The notes under the pieces were generated by a model, which worked only from the letters and a program-made list of their open reading frames with translations, was not told the DNA's origin and made no database searches. Made by a program: the position numbers and the translations under genes. This document shows, piece by piece, positions 1 through 7,320 of a DNA stretch of 26,541 nucleotides; position 1 is the stretch's first letter, and each line of letters opens with the position of its first letter. Location: assembly GCA_964244895.1 (NCBI GenBank), contig CAXTKV010000049.1:1-26541 (forward strand). The letters run 5' to 3'. Origin of the DNA: an uncultured Deinococcales bacterium (lineage in GTDB: Bacteria > Deinococcota > Deinococci > Deinococcales > JAAFIG01).

Positions 1-1
1 C

Positions 2-454
2 GGTCACGCCGACGGACACATGGGCTTGTGGCACGCCGAATCGAGGCTGCTGATCGCGGGGGACGCCATCCTGGAACGCATCACGCCGAACATCGGGCTG
101 TGGGCCAACTCCCGACCGGACCCGCTGGGCGATTACCTGAACACGCTCGAGCGAATCGCCGATCTGGGTGCGGAGCGCGCCGTAATCGGGCATTACGGCC
201 CCGTGCTGACCGACGTACGCGAGCGCGCCCTCGAGATTCACGCGCACCACCTGAGCCGCCTGGAATTGTGCCGACGAATTGACCGACCCATGAACGCGTA
301 CCAGGCGTCCATGTTGATGTTCCCGCGCGAATTACCACCATCTGGACGGCGTTTCGCGCTGGTGGAAACCCTGGCGCACCTGGAGCATCTGCGCTTGAAA
401 GGTGAGTTGGAGGGCGGCCTGGAGGACGGTATTTTCAAGTTCTGGAAGGCATAG
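2..454 (+). CDS. MBL-fold metallo-hydrolase, 5'-truncated by window edge
   Basis: Frame is open from base 2: GHADGHMGLW...LIAGDAIL...GHYG, matching the MBL (P)GHxxGH, GD and GHG motifs. Ends with a winged-helix-like tail (ETLAHLEHL). Confidence 0.85.
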   Translation, partial: GHADGHMGLWHAESRLLIAGDAILERITPNIGLWANSRPDPLGDYLNTLERIADLGAERAVIGHYGPVLTDVRERALEIHAHHLSRLELCRRIDRPMNAYQASMLMFPRELPPSGRRFALVETLAHLEHLRLKGELEGGLEDGIFKFWKA

Positions 455-456
455 AT

Positions 457-501
457 ACCGTCCCACACGGTGTTCGCACTCGAGAGACCGTGAGGGACGG
501 T
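457..501. repeat. Paired ACCGTC-N3-GACGGT palindromes (30 bp apart)
   Basis: accgtcccacacggt at 457 and accgtgagggacggt at 487, followed by GTTCTCGAG. Confidence 0.85.
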
Positions 502-625
502 GTTCTCGAGCAGGGCGACCCCTCGTGATGGGCGAAAAACGGGCTGAATGCCAGCTCCCGGATCAAGTTGGGGGAGGCAAAAGGCGAAGATATGGGTGTG
601 GCGGGGCGGGTACTGCTCATGGAAC

Positions 626-665
626 GCCGTCCCGGACGCATTCTAAGATATGCGTCGTGGACGGT
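626..665. repeat. Paired palindromes (25 bp apart)
   Basis: gccgtcccggacgca at 626 and tgcgtcgtggacggt at 651. Confidence 0.8.
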
Positions 666-761
666 GTTTCTCGAGGAACTCGCGCGATCTACACCGAGCG
701 ACGGGCTCAATCGTGAAGACGATTTCTGGATTTTCACAGAACACACCGTGGACAGTGGGAA

Positions 762-767
762 TAGGCT
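762..767 (+). promoter_or_regulatory. -10 box of leaderless promoter (S8 protease)
   Basis: TAGGCT 6 nt before ATG 774, no Shine-Dalgarno. Confidence 0.65.
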
Positions 768-773
768 CTTCTC

Positions 774-3029
774 ATGAACGGCATTCGTCTCACGGGTTTT
801 CTCGCACTTTTTGTCGGTCTGGTGCTCGGTCTGAGCGGCACCAGCGCCCAGCAAAGCAGGCTCGAGCCGAAACTGGCGCAACGGATTCGGGCGCAACCGA
901 AGGCGCTCTTCGACGTGGTGATCCGCTTCGACAAGGTCGCGCCACCGATCGGCACGCCGCGCGCGGAGGTCATCAAGTACCTGCGCGGCGATCTGGGGCG
1001 GCAACTGACGATCATCAACGCGGTCATCGCGCCCTACGGCCTCCGGCTCGCGCCGGACGAAAAAGAATCCTTGTGGCTGGATTCCAGCGTGGCCGTGCGC
1101 CTGCCCGGTCAGGCCATCGAGGTGATTTCCGCCGTGGCCAACGGCGTGGACGTGGTTTTTGAGAACTTCAAGGTGCGCATCCCGAAGGTCGTGGCGCAAT
1201 CCGCCGCCAGCGCACCGACCGGCACGCCGTGGCATTTGAACGCCATCGGTGCGAACGCCACCCGCGACGCGGGCTTGCGCGGCGCGGGCGTGCGCGTCGG
1301 GCACCTGGACACCGGCATCGATCCGAACCACCCGGAGTTGGCGGGCAAGATCCTGGCCTTCGCGGAGTTCGACGCCAACGGCAACCGCGTGCCGAACGCG
1401 CAAGCCAGGGACACGACTGGTCACGGCACGCACACGGCGGGCCTGATCGTCGGTAGCAAGGTCGGGGTCGCGCCGGACGCCAGAATCCTGTCCGCGATGG
1501 TGCTGCCGAACGGCGAGGGCACCTTCGCGCAGGTGATCGGCGGGATGCAATGGGTGCTCGATCCGGACAACAACGCCGCCACCGACGACGGCGCGAAGAT
1601 CGTCTCGATGTCGCTCGGGCTGCCCGGCCAGTACGACGCCTTCATTCCCGCCGTGCGCAACATGGTTCGCGCCGGGGCGCTGCCGGTTTTTGCGGCGGGC
1701 AACAGCGGCCCGGCGGCGGGTTCGATCAACTCGCCCGGCAATTTACCCGAACCCTTGACGGTCGGTGCGATCGATCAGAACAGTGCCCTGGCGTCCTTCT
1801 CGAGCCGAGGCCCCGTAACCTGGGGCGCACCGATCAACGCGAGCTTCACCAAGCCCGACGTGGTCGCGCCCGGCGTGGGCATCACCTCGCTCGCGCCCGG
1901 TGGGGGCTACGCGGCGCTCTCTGGCACGTCCCAGGCCGCACCGATCGCGGCGGGGGCTGCGGCGGTCTTGCGAGCCGCCAAACCCGGCGCGGACTGGCAG
2001 ACCATCAAGGACGCCATTCGGGACGGCGCTCGAGGATTGGGCGGCGATCAGAACGGCGTGGGACGCGGGTTGGTCAACCTTCAGGGAGCGCTCGAGAAGC
2101 TGGGCGTCAGCGTCGAGGCCAAACCGCCACCCGCACCGCCAGCCCCGCAGCCCGCGCCACCCGCCAGCCCGCCACCGGCCAGCCCACCGCCCGCCAGCCC
2201 GCCACCCGCGAGCCCGCAAACCCCACCAGCCGCCAGTCCTCCTCCGACCAGCCCACCAGCCGCAAACGCGCCGACCGCCAGTTCCGGCGCGCTGATCCGC
2301 GAGATCGTGGATGCGCCCGCCGACGGCGTGCTGCGCGGCGTGCTCGATCCCGGCCCGAAGGTCCTGGTCGGACAACCGATTCAAAGCATCGAGATCAGGT
2401 TGCTCGACGCGCAAGGCAAGGTCGTCTACACCCAGACCGAACGCGGCGACCCGTACTGCTTCGCGGGCGACAAGGACGGCAAGTGCGACCCGTTCGACAC
2501 GCGCAAGATTCCGGACGGGCGCTACACGCTTTCCCTGAAAGTCACCACGCCGGACGGCAAGGTTCAGGAATTCCGGGGTTCCGTCCAGGTCGCCAACGGC
2601 GGTCAGCCCGCATCCTCGACCAAGCTTGAGCGTCCGCCCGGACTGCTGTTCAAACCCGGCGCGCTCGAGAACGCCTCCAACCTGCCCGACACGAACGCCT
2701 TCGAGAACGAGACCGGCGGCCTGTTTTCCAGCGGCTCCAAAGCCCGCTTCCGCCTGCCCGGAACCGTCAAGAAGGGACGCTACGAGATCAACGTGCGCGC
2801 CCGAGGTCAGGCCTTTCAGGGCTGGCCGGAGTTGGAGCTTCGAATCGACGGCAAATCGGTCGGTAAGTTGACGGTCAACAACGACGGGTACGCGCTGAAA
2901 TCCTTCGGAACCTTCGAGCTGAAACCCGGCATGCTCTTAGAAATAGTCTTCACCAACGACGCGTACGACGGCGCGGCGGAGAAGGATCGGAACGTCTTCG
3001 TGGACGTGCTGAACTTGCAACCCCGATAA
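774..3029 (+). CDS. Secreted S8 (subtilisin-like) serine peptidase with Pro-rich linker, Ig-like domain and C-terminal CBM60-like module
   Basis: Signal peptide. Triad motifs LDTG, HGTHTAG and GTSQAAP, plus oxyanion AAGNSG. PPASP repeats. C-terminal FTND...DRNVFVD resembles Ca-dependent CBM60. Confidence 0.92.
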   Translation: MNGIRLTGFLALFVGLVLGLSGTSAQQSRLEPKLAQRIRAQPKALFDVVIRFDKVAPPIGTPRAEVIKYLRGDLGRQLTIINAVIAPYGLRLAPDEKESLWLDSSVAVRLPGQAIEVISAVANGVDVVFENFKVRIPKVVAQSAASAPTGTPWHLNAIGANATRDAGLRGAGVRVGHLDTGIDPNHPELAGKILAFAEFDANGNRVPNAQARDTTGHGTHTAGLIVGSKVGVAPDARILSAMVLPNGEGTFAQVIGGMQWVLDPDNNAATDDGAKIVSMSLGLPGQYDAFIPAVRNMVRAGALPVFAAGNSGPAAGSINSPGNLPEPLTVGAIDQNSALASFSSRGPVTWGAPINASFTKPDVVAPGVGITSLAPGGGYAALSGTSQAAPIAAGAAAVLRAAKPGADWQTIKDAIRDGARGLGGDQNGVGRGLVNLQGALEKLGVSVEAKPPPAPPAPQPAPPASPPPASPPPASPPPASPQTPPAASPPPTSPPAANAPTASSGALIREIVDAPADGVLRGVLDPGPKVLVGQPIQSIEIRLLDAQGKVVYTQTERGDPYCFAGDKDGKCDPFDTRKIPDGRYTLSLKVTTPDGKVQEFRGSVQVANGGQPASSTKLERPPGLLFKPGALENASNLPDTNAFENETGGLFSSGSKARFRLPGTVKKGRYEINVRARGQAFQGWPELELRIDGKSVGKLTVNNDGYALKSFGTFELKPGMLLEIVFTNDAYDGAAEKDRNVFVDVLNLQPR
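2124..2262 (+). repeat. 15-bp coding tandem repeats (PPASP)n linker
   Basis: ccgccacccgccagc-like units encoding PAPPASPPPASPPPASPPPASP. Confidence 0.85.
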
Positions 3030-3038
3030 CTCGAGAAT

Positions 3039-3078
3039 ACCGTCCCACACGCGAATCGCTGAGGGCGTTCTGGACGGT
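3039..3078. repeat. Paired palindromes (25 bp apart)
   Basis: ctcgagaat-accgtcccacacgcg at 3039 and ggcgttctggacggt-gttctcggg at 3064. Confidence 0.85.
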
Positions 3079-3150
3079 GTTCTCGGGATGGAGGTCTCGA
3101 GCGGGCGATGCTGAACGTCTTGCAAAAGTCTGGAAAACAGGCTGACGCGA

Positions 3151-3213
3151 GGGCAACCATCAAGGTTGCCCCTACAGGACAGGATTTTGTAGGGGTAGGG
3201 CTTGTCCCTACCC
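3151..3213. repeat. GTAG-family REP doublet (REPIN-like)
   Basis: GGGCAACC-atcaa-GGTTGCCC-CTAC (3151-3175) and GTAG-GGGTAGGG-cttgt-CCCTACCC (3189-3213), in inverted orientation. Confidence 0.75.
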
Positions 3214-3250
3214 TTCCCTCGAGACGTGGCCGACCGCCTTCGCAGGAGGT

Positions 3251-3835
3251 CTATCGTTGCGCGTTGAATCCGCCCAGCAGCATCACGCTGAACGCGTCCG
3301 CGACCTCGCGGGCGGAAAGGCGACCTCGAGGGCTGAACCAGTGGTACGCCCAGTTCGCGCTCGAGAGGGACAGTACGGCGGCCAGCTTCACGTCCAGGTC
3401 GGCGCGGAATTCTCCGGCCCTGACGCCTTCGATCAGGATGTCGCGGAAGACGCGTTCGATCCGGTCGCGGCGCTCACCGATGACCTCGAGCTTGTCTGGG
3501 GAAAGGTGCTTCCATTCGTGAAAGAACACGGTCGCCCAGTCCAGGTTGCGCGCGACCACGTCCATGTGGGCTTCCAGGGCCTGCCGGAGTTTCTTGGATG
3601 GCGATTGCCTGGAATGGCGGATCGGCTCGAGGGCCGCGTCGAACTCGTCCGCCGCGCGGTTGACGATCTCCCAGAGGAGTTCCTCCTTGCCCGCGATGTG
3701 CGCGTACAGGCTGCCGCCCTGCACGCCCAGCGCCCGCGCCAGGTCGCGCATCGAGGTGGCGTGGTAGCCGACCTCGGAGAACAACCGTCCTGCGGTGCGG
3801 TAGATCTGTTCCTTGCGGCTGAGGGTTTCGTCCAT
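3251..3835 (-). CDS. paaR: TetR-family regulator, Thermus PaaR-like
   Basis: HTH GYHATSMRDLARALGVQGGSLYAHI and ATVFFHEWKHLSP resemble T. thermophilus PaaR as recalled, not searched. Start moved to MDETLS, with TAGGAT 8 nt upstream. Confidence 0.75.
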   Translation of the reverse strand: MDETLSRKEQIYRTAGRLFSEVGYHATSMRDLARALGVQGGSLYAHIAGKEELLWEIVNRAADEFDAALEPIRHSRQSPSKKLRQALEAHMDVVARNLDWATVFFHEWKHLSPDKLEVIGERRDRIERVFRDILIEGVRAGEFRADLDVKLAAVLSLSSANWAYHWFSPRGRLSAREVADAFSVMLLGGFNAQR

Positions 3836-3850
3836 CAGTGGACATCCTAG

Positions 3851-3864
3851 CAAACGCTCCTTCG
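3851..3864. promoter_or_regulatory. Candidate PaaR operator (autoregulation)
   Basis: CAAACGCTCCTTCG has one mismatch to the recalled Thermus PaaR consensus CNAACGNNCGTTNG and lies next to the -10 box at 3844-3849. Confidence 0.45.
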
Positions 3865-3882
3865 GGCACGAACAAAGAGAAC

Positions 3883-3922
3883 ACCGTCCAGCACGCAAAT
3901 CACGAAATGCGTCTGGAACGGT
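3883..3922. repeat. Paired palindromes (25 bp apart)
   Basis: gagaac-accgtccagcacgca at 3883 and tgcgtctggaacggt-gttctcgag at 3908. Confidence 0.85.
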
Positions 3923-3961
3923 GTTCTCGAGGCGAGGGCGTTTTCGCGAAGGGCGCGAGGT

Positions 3962-5824
3962 TCAGCTTTTGATGCGCTCTTTGGTTTTGTGCCCGGTCGG
4001 GGATTTGGGCGCTTCGGGGCTGATGCCGTAGCGCGGCCATTTCTCGTCCACCAGCTTGACGATGCTGGCGTCCATCGTGATCTTGTCGGGCCACTGGCGC
4101 GTGAAGCCTTCGTCTGCGGTCTTGCGGGTCGCGTCCAGCACCAGCACCGGCCCGCTCGGGCCGTCCACGATCCGTCCGTCGCGCTCGGGGTCAATGTTGT
4201 TCAGAAACGTCCAGAACGCGTCGTCCAGGTCGTGCGCATCGGTCTGATCGTCGCAGATCGCGATCAGCCGGATGCCGGACGCGGACGGCGTGTGTACGAG
4301 TTGCTCGCCGACCTCGAGCCCCTGGTGCGGGCGCGTCTTCTGGAGCGTCACGAACCACATCCCGCCGCCCGGCTGGGATTGCTCCAGGATGCCGGGCAGT
4401 TTCGGCAGTTCGGATTCGGGTCGGGGCGCGGCGGCCTTCCAGTCGGTCTCGCCGCCCTCCTCAGGCCATTTTTTGGTGCCGTCCAGCAGCAGTTTGCTGC
4501 CGTAGCTCCAGGCCTGGCTCGAATGATCGAGCACGTCCACCGGGCCTTTGGTGAAGACCGTATCGCGTCCGGGGACGCAGTGCGCCAGGGCTTCAGACCA
4601 GAACGCGAAGTTGTCCTGCGGTTTGACGCTGGCGTGATCCGTCACGACGATGACCTTCGAGAACATCGCCTGGCCCAATCCCAGCATGCCGTTGGCGACC
4701 TTGAACGCCTGACCGGGGTAGGTTTTTTTCACGACCACGTTGACCAGGTTGTGCGCGATGCCCGCCGGGGGCAGGTGGTAATCCACGATCTCAGGCAAGA
4801 TAAGCTGCGCAGGCACGAGGAAAATCCGTTCGGTCGCCTCGATCATGTAGGCGTCCTCCATCGGTGGGCGACCCACGATGGTGGCCGGGTAGATCGCGTC
4901 GCGACGCATGGTCACGGCGGTCACGTGGAACCTGGGGTACAAGTCCTGGTTGGTGTAAAAGCCCGTGTGATCCCCGAACGGCCCTTCCAGCGCCCACGCT
5001 TCGTTCGGATCGACGTAGCCTTCCAGGACGAATTCGGCGTTGGCGGGGACTTCCAGGTTGACCGTCACGCCCTTAACGACTTCCTGGGGTTGGCCGCGCA
5101 GGAAACCCGTCAGGCTGTACTCGTTGACGCCGGGAATCGGCGGGATCGGCGCGGTCGCGGCGTAGATCAGCGCGGGATCGCCGCCCAGCACGACCGCGAC
5201 GGGCAGCATCCGACCGAGCTTTTTGGCTTTCTCGAGGTGGCGGGCTCCGGTTTTGTGGCGCTGCCAGTGCATGCCGGTGGTGTTCTTGTCGAAGACCTGC
5301 ACGCGGTACATGCCCATGTTGAATTCCCCGGTTTCGGGATCGTTGGTGATCACCAGCGGCAGCGTCACGAACGGCCCGCCATCCTGCGGCCAGCACTTCA
5401 AAACCGGGATTCGGGTCAAATCCACCTCGTCGCCGCGCCAGACGACTTCCTGAACGGGCGCAGTTTTGACGCGTTTCGGCGGCAGGTTGCGCAGTTCCCT
5501 CAGCTTGGGCAAGTTGGAGGCCAAGCCCAGAATCCCGCCGCCGAGCTTGATGTCCAGCAGCTTTCGGATGCGGTTGGCCGGGCCTTCCAGGTCGTCCACG
5601 CCGAGCGCCCAGGCCATGCGCTGGCGCGTGCCCATCAGCCCGATCACGACCGGGAAGTCCTTGCCGACGACGTTCTCAAAAAGGAGCGCCGCGCCGTCGA
5701 TCTTGACCATCCGATCCGCGATCTCGGTGATTTCGAGGTCGCTGGACACGGGTTCCTTGATGCGTTTGAGCTGCCCGCGCTCTTCGAGAAGCTGCATGAA
5801 GCTGCGGAGATCCTGGTAGGCCAT
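3962..5824 (-). CDS. mqnL: UbiD-family menaquinone biosynthesis decarboxylase (futalosine pathway, MqnL/SCO4490-like)
   Basis: Motifs MAYQDLRSF, NMGMYR, GMHWQRHK, EGPFGDHTGFY and TIVGRPPMED. Start at 5824 with TAGACT 7 nt upstream. Confidence 0.88.
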   Translation of the reverse strand: MAYQDLRSFMQLLEERGQLKRIKEPVSSDLEITEIADRMVKIDGAALLFENVVGKDFPVVIGLMGTRQRMAWALGVDDLEGPANRIRKLLDIKLGGGILGLASNLPKLRELRNLPPKRVKTAPVQEVVWRGDEVDLTRIPVLKCWPQDGGPFVTLPLVITNDPETGEFNMGMYRVQVFDKNTTGMHWQRHKTGARHLEKAKKLGRMLPVAVVLGGDPALIYAATAPIPPIPGVNEYSLTGFLRGQPQEVVKGVTVNLEVPANAEFVLEGYVDPNEAWALEGPFGDHTGFYTNQDLYPRFHVTAVTMRRDAIYPATIVGRPPMEDAYMIEATERIFLVPAQLILPEIVDYHLPPAGIAHNLVNVVVKKTYPGQAFKVANGMLGLGQAMFSKVIVVTDHASVKPQDNFAFWSEALAHCVPGRDTVFTKGPVDVLDHSSQAWSYGSKLLLDGTKKWPEEGGETDWKAAAPRPESELPKLPGILEQSQPGGGMWFVTLQKTRPHQGLEVGEQLVHTPSASGIRLIAICDDQTDAHDLDDAFWTFLNNIDPERDGRIVDGPSGPVLVLDATRKTADEGFTRQWPDKITMDASIVKLVDEKWPRYGISPEAPKSPTGHKTKERIKS

Positions 5825-5987
5825 AGCCTCGAGTCTAGGAATGTTTGGGCGCATTGAGAAGGGTCAAAGATACGCGCTCAATCGGGTGGCAGGCTGGAAT
5901 CTTGCACGGAAACCCGAGAACAATCGTCTAGGGCAGACTCGAGCCCGAAACACAGACCACCATCATTCCGCTCGAGATTTCGGCGGC

Positions 5988-6038
5988 GCCGTCCCGGACG
6001 CAAATTCCTTCATCCAGAAGAACACCGTGCTGGACGGT
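5988..6038. repeat. Paired palindromes (36 bp apart)
   Basis: gccgtcccggacgca at 5988 and agaagaac-accgtgctggacggt-attcttct at 6024. Confidence 0.85.
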
Positions 6039-6113
6039 ATTCTTCTGGGGTTCGGTTTCAAAGTGCCGATTATTTCAAAGTCAACGTTCAGAATCGCGCC
6101 TTACACTCAGCCC

Positions 6114-6929
6114 ATGCGAATCATGACCCTGACGGTGCTCGGCAGTATCGCCATCCTGGCCGGTTGTAACACCCAGGTCGGCACCAGCAAACTCAGCAAG
6201 GAAGCCGCCACCGCCATGAAACCCACCATTCAGGTCAGCCTGGAGCAGAGCGGCAAGGTGCTTTCTCAACGCGCCGAGTACGGCTCGAGCATCAAGACCT
6301 CCGGTGGCAACGGCCTTCAGCCCGCCGCCGGAAATTGCAGCCTGAACCTGACGCTCTCCGAGGACAAGGACAAAGACCTGGTGCCGTTGAACGCCTCCGC
6401 CACGGCGGATTGCAACTGGACGGGCACGAGCGGCGATTTCGCCAGGCTGACCGGTTCTTTCGCGGCAACCGACAAGGACGACAACGACGCGACCAGCGGC
6501 TTCAAGCTGACCGGCGACAACATCGGTTACGCGTACAAGTTCGGGATTTTCAACGACGCCTTCAATTTCAGCGGCGTCTTTGACCTGACCAAGAACAGCC
6601 CAGGGAATTACGGGGTGTCCGTGACGGCCAACGCCACCCGCAACGCGGACAGCGCCAACCACACCATGAACCTGACGGGCGTTTCGGACGACGCCACCAA
6701 GCCGTTCAGCGCCGCCACCCTGAACGGATCGGGCAGCACCAACCTGAACCGTTCCGGCACGCTGATCGCGCTCTCCTCGAGCGTCACGAACCTGCACTAC
6801 ACCAAAACCTGCACGTCCACGGGCTTTGATCGCGGGACGGTCGCCTGGACGGACGGCACGAACACGCTGACGGCGGAGTACAAGTCCTGCGGCGTGCTGG
6901 AAGTCAAGTACAACGCTGAAGTTCTTTAA
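6114..6929 (+). CDS. Lipoprotein of unknown function (271 aa, beta-rich)
   Basis: MRIMTLTVLGSIAILAGC lipobox. TACACT 6 nt before ATG 6114. The longer ORF-track start runs through intergenic repeats. Confidence 0.85.
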   Translation: MRIMTLTVLGSIAILAGCNTQVGTSKLSKEAATAMKPTIQVSLEQSGKVLSQRAEYGSSIKTSGGNGLQPAAGNCSLNLTLSEDKDKDLVPLNASATADCNWTGTSGDFARLTGSFAATDKDDNDATSGFKLTGDNIGYAYKFGIFNDAFNFSGVFDLTKNSPGNYGVSVTANATRNADSANHTMNLTGVSDDATKPFSAATLNGSGSTNLNRSGTLIALSSSVTNLHYTKTCTSTGFDRGTVAWTDGTNTLTAEYKSCGVLEVKYNAEVL

Positions 6930-6946
6930 GTCCGGCTCGAGACATC

Positions 6947-6974
6947 AGGGCACCGCTTTGGCGGTGTCCTTTTT
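6947..6974 (+). terminator. Rho-independent terminator
   Basis: AGGGCACCGC-tttg-GCGGTGTCCT followed by a T tract. Confidence 0.85.
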
Positions 6975-7016
6975 GGTCGTGTTTGATCGAAATGGTGTTT
7001 TTCACCCGAAGAAAAA

Positions 7017-7072
7017 CCCGTGCAGGACGGCATAAACAAGCGTTCAAGATCAGATCTCGCGTCTCTGACGGT
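7017..7072. repeat. Paired palindromes (41 bp apart, degenerate)
   Basis: cccgtgcaggacggc at 7017 and cgcgtctctgacggt-gttc at 7058. Confidence 0.65.
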
Positions 7073-7320
7073 GTTCGCGCATTTCTCGAATGGGCATCGA
7101 GGATGGTGCGGCGCGTTCAGGTGAACACCGCCAACCCGACTCCTCGAGATTCGAGCGACCTTCCAAATGATCCCAAAGCAGGTGCATTATGAGGCTGCTG
7201 CTTTTGTTTGAGCAAGTAATGCGCATCCCGCAAAGTCCATGCAGCACGCCGCGAAAGCTGACACAGACCGAATAAAACCCGTAAGAGTTTCGTCAATCGC
7301 AGAGTGCTTACCTAGAGCGT

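Noticed and set aside
3989..5857. 622-aa plus-strand ORF
   Set aside because: Antisense shadow of the UbiD gene, typical of high-GC codon bias.
5841..6113. Long N-terminal extensions in the ORF track (also 22419, 3898, 16315, 16629, 10745, 21339)
   Set aside because: They translate intergenic repeats or overlap upstream genes. Homology motifs, overlaps and -10/SD signals point to downstream starts.
6975..7320. Riboswitch (e.g. c-di-GMP) upstream of the pilin operon
   Set aside because: No convincing conserved aptamer motifs seen by eye. An Rfam scan would be needed.
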